Of a stretch of DNA of 63,404 bases, positions 12,228 through 24,485 are shown piece by piece. The notes beneath the pieces were generated by a model. That model searched no databases. It was given only the letters and a program-made list of their open reading frames with translations, and was not told the DNA's origin. The stretch is from Sphaerodactylus townsendi (Eukaryota): the NCBI RefSeq assembly GCF_021028975.2, contig NC_059438.1, positions 36,332,001-36,395,404 of the forward strand, in the 5' to 3' direction. The position numbers were made by a program, and so were the translations under genes. Numbering within the stretch: the first letter of the stretch is position 1; every line of letters begins with the position of its first letter.

Positions 12228-13391
12228 GCTTGGATCTATTGAGCATGTGACCTCCCCATTGATTCCGGAATCACTATCTTGCACATTGAGAATGGCAACA
12301 ACAGTTCCGATTGGTGAGTTCTCAAGTATCTCATTGGTGAGATAGGTTGTCTCTAATTCAGGTGCATGGTCATTCAAGTCTGCAATGGAGATCACAACTT
12401 TCGATCTGTCACTCAGGCCTCCCCCATCTTTGGCTTGCACCTCGAATTCATATGAAGAAGAATCCTCATAATCCAGTTTTCCACCAAGTGTTATTTCACC
12501 AGTTGAATCGTTAAGGAAAAATGTTTGAGAGTTATGTTTCACTAGCGTTTCAAAAGAGTATTTTATCTCCCCATAAATACCTTCATCCAGATCAACTGCT
12601 TTTACTGTAATGATTGTGGACCCTTTACGAATATTCTCTGGGACAGTGGCTTCATAAACAGGTTGGCTGAAAACTGGAGCATTGTCATTGGTATCTAGAA
12701 CTATAATGTGAATTTGAGCTGTGCCGGATCTCACTGGATCTCCTCCATCAGAAGCGGTGAGGATTAGATCATAAACTGATTGCTCTTCCCTGTCCAGAGT
12801 CTTATCCAACACCAATTCAGCACGTCTAATGCCATTTTCACCTATCCGCATTTGCAGAGAAAAATGGCTACTGCCTGTGAGTTGGTAACTCTGTACAGAA
12901 TTTATACCTAGATCTGGATCTTCAGCTCGTGGAAGGTTAAAACGGGACCCCATTGGAGATGCCTCACTGATTTCAAGCTCCTGTTCCCATGGATGAAATT
13001 GAGGATCATTATCATTTATATCTGTTATTTCTACTTCTATTCCATAAATCTTTAATTTCTTCTCCAAAATAACCTGGAGATTTAAGGTGCACTTCTCTGC
13101 CCGTCCACAGATCGCCTCCCTGTCTATTCTCTCTGAAATTTGTAAAATGCCACTGTTGAAGTTCAAAGCAAAATACTGAACGGTACCTGTCCTGGTAACA
13201 ATCCGGAGTCCATGTTCAGAAAGGTGCTTTCCATCCATTCCTAGTTCTTTTGCAATATTCCCCACAAAGGAGCCTTTCTGCATCTCTTCAGGAATGGAAT
13301 AGTGGATCTGCTCAGCAACTGCCTTCCACACAAACAGCATAATTAAATATTGTAAGAGTCCTTTGTTCACAGTGCTCCATTGCTTCTGCAT
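12228..13391 (-). CDS. PCDHG: Protocadherin gamma-like variable exon, 5' part (signal peptide, EC1 to start of EC4); truncated by assembly gap
   Basis: ORF MQKQW...IHYSIPEEMQKGSFVGNIAKEL with cadherin repeats runs into the Ns. Its 5' region is nearly identical to the two complete gamma-like genes. Confidence 0.88.
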
Positions 13392-13594
13392 TTATCCTAT
13401 TCCCTTGCAGTAAGGTAAGAGATTCTTGTTCTTCTGGAAAGGAGGTTCCTCTGGGTTATTTGTAAAATAAATGTTTTTGTTTCATTTGCTGTAACAGCAG
13501 TGCAGACCTGATCTCTCGGCTATTTTGTTCTTGTACCTTCAACGGCACTGCTTGGTTAGCTGGGTTTATAAAGGGGATTTTTTCCCTTCTTGGT

Positions 13595-13615
13595 GGACAG
13601 TGACACCTAGAGTCC
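13595..13615 (-). promoter_or_regulatory. Pcdh-gamma CSE (CTCF site)
   Basis: Minus strand GACTCTAGGTGTCACTGTCC; the same motif occurs about 190-210 bp upstream of all three gamma-like ATGs. Confidence 0.75.
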
Positions 13616-15083
13616 CAACTATAAATTACAGATAATACTTACAAAATGTAGTCTTTTGTTTTCCTTGACCCAATTCTTCTTTTTCTATATTAGAAAGTTT
13701 TCAAGGCAAAGTTGCCAAATTTTTATTTATGATCATAAGCTGACTTTAAAAAAAAATCCAACAGTGGACATGAGATTAGGCACAGTTGTACATAAAACAA
13801 CAGTATAATATATGAGCCAGTTTTGTCTTCTGTTCTTTATTTAATAAAATGAAAGGCCTCGGATAGGACATCTTTTCCAACTCCTGTACAATGTAGGAAG
13901 CCCAAAGTATTCCATACAGATGGCTACTCAGCCTCTGCTTGAAGATCTCCAGCAAATAAGAGCTGACCACAACATTATGCTAATCGGTTCCGTTGCTGAA
14001 CTGCTCTCATCATTAGGAACCATCTCCTAACATACAGCTGAAATTTACCTTTGTGTATCTTTAGTCCATAAGTTCTAGACTTGTCCTCAGGCACACCAGA
14101 GAGCATAATTTTGCCCTATTCCGGTATCTGAAGAGTATGATCATATTTCCATTCTTCAGGCTAAACAGGTCTGTTGCCTTCAAACTTTCTTCAACATCTT
14201 TACTGTAACCCCTTCTGAACCCCTTCTAGTTGCCCTACATCTTATGACAGTATGAGGTCCAGCAATGGACAGCAACCCAGACAAGGTCTGCTCACGCAGA
14301 GTAGAATAAAAAATTATATTTATTTATTTGCCTCATCCATACCCCACGTATCTCCTCAACAAGTGGCTGATATTGTACTCCCCTCCTCCATTTTATCCTC
14401 ATAATAACCCTGTGAAATTAGGCTAAGTGTGTGTAACTTGCTCAAAGCAAGCTTTCATGACAAAATGGGGATTCAGACCAGTGTGTTCCAGACTTTGGCC
14501 TTTTCTGCATGCACAACTCACCACAAATTTTTCCCAGTGGTCAAATCTTGTGTTGGAAATTTTCTGTGAAATTATTCAGCACACCCCCTTTATCCCTGTT
14601 GTTTTAGGGCTTTTTCTATTTTTGTCTCTTCAATTACATTTATTCCACATGCCACTGATGGAAAAGCATTATTCCTGATAGTGGTGGGATATAATCCATG
14701 ACACGGAAGAACTCTTCCCCCTCCTTTTTTTGCACAGGAACTCTTGCTTTACTGTACAGTTACACTTTGAAGCAGCAATTTAAAAAGGTCACAGACTCCA
14801 TTTCAACTTTTGAGAACTACCAATTCAAAATGGAAGCTAAAATAACTCCTGGAGCAGATAGTTTTACCTGAAAGGGCAGAATCATTTAGCCCACCCCACA
14901 AACACAAAGAACCAAATTTTCCAGTCAAATTTTATCTGCAGTAATACATGATTATTACTGCTGCAGTCTCAATTACTCCCAGTACTCTTTTCAATCACTC
15001 CAGCATTTTAGCATTCTACCACTGATGCAAACACCCCTGCTTCAAACGCGCTCTCTGCGCATAATTTTACATTGCTAATTCAA

Positions 15084-15300
15084 TATGAAATTGACAAAGC
15101 TGATTCAATTGACCCAGCTTGTATCTCTTCCTGAATGTTAAAATCACAAGTTCTATATGAAATTGACAAAACGGATTCAATCAACCCAGCTTCTTTGTAT
15201 CTCTGCCTGAATGTTAACATTGCAAGTTCTGTGTGAAATTGACAAAGCTGATCCAATCAATCCAGCTTCTTTGTATCTCTGCCTGAACATTACATCGCTA
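15084..15300. repeat. Diverged tandem repeat of about 70-80 bp, x3
   Basis: Unit tgaaattgacaaagctgattcaat...ccagctt...gtatctct...cctgaatgttaa. Confidence 0.7.
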
Positions 15301-16132
15301 GCTGAATGTGACAAAGAGAAAAATGAATTAAAAATTCCTTTTGGAAATGGAAGTGCAGGGAGAAAATAGGTGGAGGGGAGGTTAGCCAACTACATGAGGT
15401 ATGGAGTGCCAAAGGTTCACCACCATGGGGCTAGATGTTCACTGAGACAGAGAAATGAAAACCGTTTCAACATGATCACATGCTCAATGAAAGCAGGTTT
15501 GGAAACAGACTGAAAAAATTGCAGTTAAAGTACTCAGGAAAACCATGGAAAAAGATGACGGGAAAATGTTTCTGGAACCAAATATTGTTTCTGGAACCAA
15601 ATATAGTTCTTTGCATTGTCTCAAGTTACTTAATCTCCCCATTTAATTATACATGTATTACATGGATATTTACATCTTCCATACACCTTTGATACATTCA
15701 AATATAGTCTCCCTCTTACATGAATGCTATTTCACATTTTCATGTTTGAACTAGGGCCCCGTACTATTTGCTCCATCAGTGGCAATGTTAGTAAATGTTT
15801 GCAAATAATACTCCCCAAAATGTACCCAAGGAATGTGATATACCTGATTGTAATATTATTTGTTAGCCAAATGGTTAACAGTGATTAACTAATAATTAAC
15901 TAATTAACTAATAAAAATGGTTAACTGTGATTAACTAATAATTTCCTGCATTGAGATAATTGTTCACTTGAGGGTTTCATGCTAAGGCATTACAGAGATG
16001 GAGGCTGATGAGTTAGTAAAAAACACAACAGAAGGCAACAGAATAAAAGATAAAATGCCAGAAGCTATACTTAAAATTCTGATAAAAGACAAAATATTTA
16101 CTTGGCAATTTAGCAACAAAAAGTTAGCTTAC

Positions 16133-18559
16133 CTGGAGTACAATCTGATCTCCACTGGTTAAATTAAAATCTTCACCAGCTAGGATAGGATCCTTTATCT
16201 CACCAGACAAATCGTTAGTCAGAGTATCGGCATAATTTGCCTTGGAAAAATTGAACTGGCTTTTCCTAGAGTCCGTGGTCAAAGAGACTTCCTGGCAATA
16301 AGAATGAAGAAAAGCTCGAACGCCATCAATCCCCACGAACTGTGAGACAGGAACACCAGTAAAATTCACACTTTGGGAGTCACAGAGCTGAGAGATTCTC
16401 CACCTGTGCAATCTGATCACCAGCAGCACAAGGAGGAAGGCGAAAAACAAGCAGGAGACAAAAGCCACAGCAACCACCAGGTAGAAGGTGAGGTCTGACT
16501 GGGAGTCTACAGGAGCGGTGATGCTGCTGAGGTCAGTCAATACATCAGGGATGCTGTCAGCCAGCACCACAGTGACAGTGACTGAAGCAGAGAGGGGGGG
16601 CTGCCCATTGTCCTTCACTAAAATCACCAGGATTTGCTTAAGAGCATCCTTCTCTAGAAAGAAACGGGCTGTCCTGACCTCTCCAGTGTGGAGTCCTATG
16701 GTGAAAAGACCTGGCTCTGTGGCCTTGAGTAATTGATAGGAGAGCCAGGCATTCTGGGCGGAGTCTGCATCCACTGCCACCACCTTAGTGACCAGATAGC
16801 CGGGCTCAGAGGGGCGGGGGGCCAGCTCTACTCCAGTGGAACCATCACTGGGAGTAGAAGGGTACAAGATTTCTGGAGCATTGTCGTTCTGATCCAAGAC
16901 GAAGAGAGTCACAGACACACTGGAGCTGAGGGGTGGGGAGCCTCCATCTTGGGCCTTGACCAGGAAATTAATTTCTTGAAACTCTTCATAATCAAAGGAA
17001 CGTAGGGCATAAATAATCCCATTTTCAGAGTTAATAGAAAGGTAAGAGGAAAGGGAGGAATCATTGATATCTCTTTTAATGATAGAATAAGTTATCCTGG
17101 CATTCTCATCTCCGTCTGCATCGTTTGCTGTTAGGGAGAAGACTGAAGCTCCTCTCTGGTTATTTTCCATGAAATACGATGTGTAGACCGATTTTGGAAA
17201 GTGAGGAGGGTTGTCATTTGTATCTACAATGAGAAGTGTTATTACCATGGCTGCAGAAAGAGGAGGTGTCCCATGATCTGTGACAGAAACGGTGATATTG
17301 TATGATTCACTCTGCTCTCTGTCAAGGTTATCGGCCGTTACCAAACTGTAAAAGTTATCTGTCGATTTTTTCAGTTGAAAAGGAAGTATTTGGGAAATTA
17401 AGCATGTGACTTCACCATTAATTCCCGAATCTCGATCTTCGACGTTTAAAATAGCAATAACAGTTCCAGATGGTGAGTTCTCCTGGATGGTGCTTGTGAG
17501 AAAAGTCACAGTTACCTCAGGGGCATTATCGTTCAGATCTGTAACGGTAATCTCAACCTTTGCCCTGTCGGAAAGTCCGCCATAATCCTCAGCATAAACC
17601 TCAAATTCATAGAAGGATGATAACTCAAAGTCAATGTTCCCCATGACCGTTATTGTGCCAGTTGTTGAGTTTAAAAGAAACATATGTGAGTCCTTCTTGA
17701 TCACTTTTTTGAAGTAGTATTTCAGCTCTCCATTGATTCCTTCATCCAGATCAATAGCTCTAACTTTACAAATTGTGGACCCTTTAGGAATATTCTCCTC
17801 AATGCTCACTGCATACAGCGGTTGACTGAAGACTGGCGCATTGTCATTCACATCTAAAACAATTATTTTGATTTGAGCTGTGCCAGTCCTGACTGGATCT
17901 CCTCCATCAGTAGCTGTGAGGATTAGTTCATACATTGATTGCTCTTCCCTGTCCAGATTCTTTTCCAGCACCAGTTCCACATGCCTGGCACCATTTTCTC
18001 CCATTTTCACATCCAGAGAAAAATGGCTGCTGCCCGTGAGCTGGTAACTCTGCACAGAATTAATGCCAAGATCTTCATCTTGAGCTTCAGGTAGAGGAAA
18101 CCGGGATCCCTGGATAGCTATCTCACTGACTTTCACTTCCTGTACTCCAGGAGGGAAGTGAGGGGCATTGTCATTTATATCTGTAATTTCCACTTCAACT
18201 CCATATAGTTTTCTTTTACTCTCAACCATTACTTGGAAGTTTAAGATGCATTTCTCTGCCTGTCCACAGACTGCCTCTCTGTCTATTCTCTCAGAGGTTT
18301 GTAAATGACCATTGTGGATGTTTAGAGAAAAATACTGAACCATACCTGTTCTAGTAACTATGCGCAGGTCATGGTCTGGAAGGTGCTTTCCATCCATTCC
18401 TAGGTCCTCTGCAATATTCCCCACAAAGGAGCCTTTCTGCATCTCTTCAGGAATGGAATAGTGAATCTGCCCATCAACTGCTTTCCAAAGAAACAGCAGG
18501 ATTAGATATTGAAAGATGCCCTTATCTTTGCAGCTCCACAGCTTCTGTGTTTGTTCCAT
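16133..18559 (-). CDS. PCDHG: Protocadherin gamma-A-like variable exon (intact)
   Basis: 811-aa ORF with six EC repeats, TM and gamma-A tail (GVPVSQFVGIDGVRAFLHSYCQEVSLTTDSRKS). CAG|GTAAGC donor at 16133/16132. Confidence 0.93.
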
Positions 18560-18744
18560 CTCCTGACAGCAAAGAAAAAGGCCACTGGTTCTTATTGGAA
18601 CAGGCTAGGGTCTTCTGTTTCTTCTTAAACCAAAGGTTGCATCTCATGTATTCCTCACAGTGCCATCTGAAGACTGCTATTCTGAATAATAAAGAACCAT
18701 CAGCTGAACGGGTTGATTTGAGTGCATTTCTCTGCTGAATTGGT

Positions 18745-18764
18745 GGACAGCGACACCCAGAGTC
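18745..18764 (-). promoter_or_regulatory. Pcdh-gamma CSE (CGCT box, CTCF site)
   Basis: Minus strand GACTCTGGGTGTCGCTGTCC. Confidence 0.8.
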
Positions 18765-19074
18765 TCATCCCAAAATTGCAGGTTTTGTTTTGTTTTCAAG
18801 AGGAAATCATTCTCACGTCTGTGGTTATTAGAGTCTTTCTTTTCTCAATAAAATCTGTCCAAAGCCTGAACTTCAAGTCTACAGATTCAGAATCTGGTTA
18901 AGCAAATGGGCCTGAGTGGATCCTACAGTTTCAAGTAGAGCCTATGTATATCGAAGCGCCCTCCCCCTTTAAATCTGTTAATCCACTTTCTGTTACGTAT
19001 GAAAAGCTTTGTATTTGATGTACACTATATTTTGGATTGGGGGGGACTGATCAATATATGCATATAAATAAGAG

Positions 19075-19393
19075 GGTAAAGGTAAAGCAGCGTTGCACTT
19101 AAGTAAAAAGGTAAAGGCGAGCACCAGGTCATTACTGGCCCGTGGAACAATGTCACATCGTGATGTTTACTAGGCAGACTCTGTTTATGGGGTGTTTTGC
19201 CATTGCCTTCCCCAGTCATTTCCATTTTACCCTCAACCAACTGGGTACTCAGTTTACCAACCTCGGAAGGATGGAATGCTGAGTCAACCATGAGCCAGCT
19301 ACCTGAACCGACTTCCACTGGGATCAAACTCAGGGTGTGAGCAGAGCTTGGACTGCAGTACTGCGGGTTACCACTCTGCGCCATGGAGGCTCT
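19075..19393 (-). mobile_element. Sauria SINE
   Basis: Minus strand GACTCAGCATTCCATCCTTCCGAGGTTGGTAAACTGAGTACCCAG core and ACCTTT-type tail. Confidence 0.75.
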
Positions 19394-20919
19394 TATGCAT
19401 GTAAGTAGTAAAAGAGATTTATAAAAAATAAACCTAAGTGTAATGGAACAAAGACAACTGAGTGTTCATCCAGATATTAGGCATTTGGATTCTCTGAGAC
19501 TCCCCAGTTGCCCTGCACATTTCTCTCACTGGTCTTCTAATATCCTTTTCCTGTACGCCCCTTGGGGTCAACAGTAGGCCTGAAACTTGAAATGTTCATA
19601 TGTGAGAGCTTAAAAGTGCAATGTCTTTTTTTTATTTTACAGTCAGCGATCAATAGTACAAGATCAAGGTACCAAAAGTGCAGTGAGGGGAGCAATCTTA
19701 ACTAAGGTCCCTTCCGCACCCGCAAAATAATGTGTTTTCAAACCACTTTCACAACTGTTTGCAAGTGGATTTTGCTATTCTGCACAGCTTCAAAGAGCAC
19801 TGAAAGCAGTTAGAAAGTGCATTATTCTGCATGTGCGGAACGAGCCTTCGTTTGAAACTGGAATAACCTGAATATAATAACATCCAGCTCTGCCTCATTT
19901 ACTCTATAACATGCTTTATGCTTTTGTTGGGGTCTTTATTCATATATACTACTAACCTAAAAAAAATGCAACAGACATTTGAAGGTCTTGTTTCCAGGCA
20001 ATCCAGTGAACAATGGCTTGCTTGTTTCCTTTCAGATCTCCATTAAGTTCTAGAGATTTGCTTTTTAAACAATGAAATCTAGGAATTCAGAGAGACAGTT
20101 AGTATATATTTCTCAGGTGACACTGACCCCACAAACCTTCTGAGGAAAGCAAAGGCCTTCTAGTGATAGGGGACTGGAGCAGAATAAGTGGGTGAAAGGA
20201 CTGGTGGAGAGAACGCACTGCAGTTCCACCCTCCTTCAATTTTATTTCCTGTTAAAGTACAACAGTGAATGTGAAATATGAAAATGTGAAATATAAAAAT
20301 GCCACTATACATTAATTTTAATTGAAGGACAGAAAAATAGTTAATCTCCATCCTAGAATTTTGTGGAATTCCATTTATTACAAAAACAATTGAAATACAA
20401 TGTAAAATAGAAGATTGTATTAAGGCCAAATGGCATGCTTAAATACTCAAATACCCAAAACTTTTGGCCAAGGCCAAGGCATATTGGTTATTCTCTCTAC
20501 ATCCACTCATTTGATGTGATCATTTCTTTAAGTAATGGCATAATCTCAAGCACATACCTGATAAAACACTTGGGCAAAATTGCTTCAATGAATAAATGCT
20601 CTTAGATCACTTAAACCAGAATTGCTGCAAAGAATACAAAAAGGGAACTGCTGCTATATTGGTGCCTATCTCAGCTCTGGCTTGAATGGGTTTAGGATGG
20701 TAAAAAAGCCCTCCATCAAGATATTCTGAAGATATGCTGTTGGCAAACCCTTCTGGAACCATGCCGGGATAGAACTAAAAGGTGTCTCATGGAAAGACCA
20801 GGGCTTAGTCACCATCTTAAGTCTTACCAGGCCCAGCCATTCCCCCTGCATCAGCGCAACACTGTGTCATAACTCAGCTGATGTAAAATTTGGTAGCAGC
20901 AGTGGAAGGTCATAGTTAA

Positions 20920-21378
20920 ACCATGGCTAAGTCAACATTCTAAGCTCCCCATATTGCCCTGGTAGGCCCCTCTGCTCCTCGGAGGATGACCTACTCGTGA
21001 TCCCTGGCCCAAAAATTATCAGGCTGGCCTCGACGAGGGGTAGGGCCTTTTCAGCCCTGGCCCCTACCTGGTGGAACAAGCTCCCTAGGGAGATCAGGGC
21101 CTTGCGGGACTTACAGAGTTTCTGCAGGGCCTGCAAGACGGACCTGTTCCACCAGCGTTTGGCCAGCCTAGTTAAAAATATATCTACCAAGTCATCTGGC
21201 CTCCCGTGGGCACAAGAGGGGGGAGGGGGGTAGCCAGACGCCATCCACATTTTTAAATGGGTTCTGTTTTTAGGTAACTGATATTTAAATTATGTTTTAA
21301 TGTATGTTTTAACCTTGTTGTGAACCGCCCTGAGCCCTCAGGGGGAGGGCGGTATATAAAATTAATAATAATAATAAC
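20920..21378 (+). mobile_element. L2 LINE 3' fragment
   Basis: ORF2 C-terminus RAFSALAPTWWNKLPREIR...KTDLF, followed by gtgaaccgccctgagcc and an (AAT)n tail. Confidence 0.75.
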
Positions 21379-21989
21379 AACAACAACCCCAAGTGTTCTT
21401 CCAGTTGCAGTGCAATTTTACGCCACTAAAACCTCAGGCATATATCTGAAAGATTCCATAGAGGTTCATGCCAGTGAAAACATCAAATGCCTTTCACACC
21501 ACACTTCCAAGACCTGGGGGAGCTTATGGTACCAACTGAATCTACAGCCACTCACCGTCCTCCAAAGTGCTATATAAGCTCCAATCGAAGCACTATATAA
21601 CCTAACCCATAGTACAGAAGACACGGTTCCCAGCACAGGGCTATCAGCTATGTGGCCTAATCTCAGGGCCCTTAAGGTCAAACTAAACAGGACTGTTTCC
21701 CACAAGTCCTGGAAGTATTGGCTTTTCCAGTGAGTCTTGTCTTGTCATGTTGAAGGGGCTCAATGTTGATTGGAGCTGCAGCAGTACAGGTAGAGGAAAA
21801 ACTTCAGCACGTCACCCCCTGCTCTGCTTTCTTGATGTTTAATTTTGCTGAATTGTTTTAGTCATATTTTTTTTGTTCCTGTCTTCATCGGCTTCCCATA
21901 AATCAGGGGTGCCCAAAATTGGCACCCCGCATTGTGTCCCCTATGGTGTTCTTTGTTTGGAATCAGGGCAACATTTATTAGAAACAAGG

Positions 21990-22697
21990 GCATGGGTTGT
22001 AACTTTTAAGTTTTGTCTGCGTCTTTGTTTCTGCACTGACCCTTACAGTTTGTCCCAGTTAGAAATGAGAGAGCTTCAGCTTTCGAAATGGTGGCTACAT
22101 GTTGAAAAAAAGATCTTTTCCTTGGGCTTCTCTTGGGAGGCCCTACAAATACTCACCGCTCCAGAGATTTACTATCGCTTAAAGTCTAGATTATTTGATC
22201 AAGAATATCAATTTCTCCTGAGCAAAGCGCAAAGCTCTTGATCTCCAATATTCTTTGGGATTATCCCTCAGAAAGCTAGCCCTGCTATATACCTGGAACA
22301 ACTTGTTAATTACAATTGCAGATGGGTCATGACTAGAGCAAGGTGTAACTCTTTTCCGTCAGTACATCTTCAAGGTCACTTCTCTAGTATTCCACAAAAT
22401 GAGCATTGCTGTCGTTTCTGTCCTGATACAACTGATTCACTTTCTCATATTCTGCTTCACTGTTCAAAATACACCAACATCAGAACTGATTTGGGAACTG
22501 TATTACCAACAGGATTTATGCTCCTTTCTGATAAAATAAAAATGGCTAAGCTTCTAAATAACTCTAATGTTTAAATCTCTGAAGCTGTTGCTATATTTTT
22601 ACTCTGTGTACTGCAAGTTGCGCAATAATGATCTTCCTATTGTATTTGGAATTCTTGACACACACCGGTTTTATGCCTAATAAAGGTTTTGGATTTG
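21990..22697 (+). mobile_element. Degraded non-LTR retrotransposon 3' fragment (RTE-X-like)
   Basis: RARCNSFPS...CRFCPDTTDSLSHILLHC CCHC knuckle; ends in aataaagg. Confidence 0.55.
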
Positions 22698-23538
22698 GGT
22701 GCCCAAAATTCTTGATATGGTGGGGACTTTTGGAGTTCTGAAATAGAGTCATGGGTACCACCACAAAATGGCTTTCGTGGGAGCAGGGATCAATCACAAA
22801 ACGTTTCTAAGCCAAACATTAACCTATCAGGCAGGCAGCTGTTTCTGAATGGGTACCTCATGCACAACCAAAGTGAATATCTCCCATGGTCAACCTTTGC
22901 TTTAGGGAAGAGATACTGTGGGCAAGAAGAGGGCATCGGGGAATGTATGCATGAGCACCATGGTATCCATAGGTGCCATGAATGAATGCATGAATTTTTT
23001 TTTAATGCCATAGGCTAGTGGTGGCGAACCTTTGGCACTCCAGATGTTATGGACTACAATTCCCATCAGCCCCTGCCAGCATGGCCATAGGCCAGCAGTA
23101 GAACTTTCTTCGTTTGACTACCCTGTCAATCTACATTTGTGATCATTGGTCTCCTGTGGTCATCCTACTACTGTAACAAGATATAATTAATCCTTAAAAA
23201 TATTTATGAGATATAAAATACATTTGACTTATTAAAACTGTTACACAAATTAACATAGGCTAAAAAAGAGTTACCAGGAGCCAAACTATTTCTACATTGT
23301 TCAAAAATCCAGGATTTGTTTATCCAGTACTTACCTGCCCTCATCTGCACTTCTTTGCTTAAAATCATCCAAGCAGAGATTGCTCCATATACCTTTTCCT
23401 CCCAAGAAAGATGAATATCATCATAAGTATACCAATGTAGTAATATATCTACAATTCTTGCATATGGATATTTTGTGATGAATAGAACTGTACTTACTAG
23501 GTTTTTTTACAAGAAGACTTGCAATTCCAAATGCATTT

Positions 23539-23633
23539 CTTTATCACATTATGATCTTTAAAAACAAAATCTTTATCACATTATGATCTTTAAAAACAAA
23601 AACTTTATCACATTATGATCTTTAAAAACAAAA
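23539..23633. repeat. About 32-bp tandem repeat x3
   Basis: Unit ctttatcacattatgatctttaaaaacaaaa. Confidence 0.85.
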
Positions 23634-24485
23634 GGGATTGGAACAATAGTCAGAACCTTCCCTTTCAGAATGGCCATTTTGCCCAAAGTTTTAAATTTTC
23701 CAGAAGTATCAAAACCATTTCCCCATGCTTCACTAATGGTTAAAAATTCTCTTCCATCAGTCTAACCCTAACCCTATCCACATTATCTACAATCAAGAAT
23801 CCTTCAGATCTTAACCAGGATTCTGTCATGTTTCCAGTCCAAGTTCTTATGTACCTCTGAATCAATACCAATTTATCTGGATTAATCTTACAGTCCTAGA
23901 TCATACTAAATTAATTTAATAGTCTGACCAAATTAGCAAATATATAATTTGGGGTTACCCAATGTTAAAACATCATCTGCATAAAGAATGTTTTGTTGAT
24001 TAAATTCCCTACCCCAATATTCTGAATATCCTTCTCAATTTAACTGCCAAAACCTTTGTATGCAGATTAAACAACAACAATGGACATGCCTTCCTTACTT
24101 CTCCACAGAGTATTTGTGAATGGGCATTAACTAATATTGCAGTGGCTGGAGGACTAAAACATTAGAATAATTTATTTCCTTGAAATGATCTTTGAAACCA
24201 GATCTGTTTAAAGATGCCATCAGATAACTGTATTCACTCCTTTCAAAATCCTTCTCTTTATCAGTGAAGTAGAATGCCATTAGTAAATAAATGTTATAGT
24301 AAATAAATGTTCAGACTCCAGCAATAGCCACAATCAAAAAAGGGAGACTATGATGACTCTATGTAAAACTCCTGAATCAAATGCCAATCATTTAAGAAGG
24401 CTTATATAGGTACAGTATCTCTGTTTTATGAACAAGGACAAAGACCCAATTGGAATGTTAAAATAAATAGAGTTGACATGCCTAC

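Noticed and set aside
23539-23633. CRISPR-like 32-bp repeats
   Set aside because: The units are directly adjacent with no unique spacers, there are no cas genes, and the context is eukaryotic.
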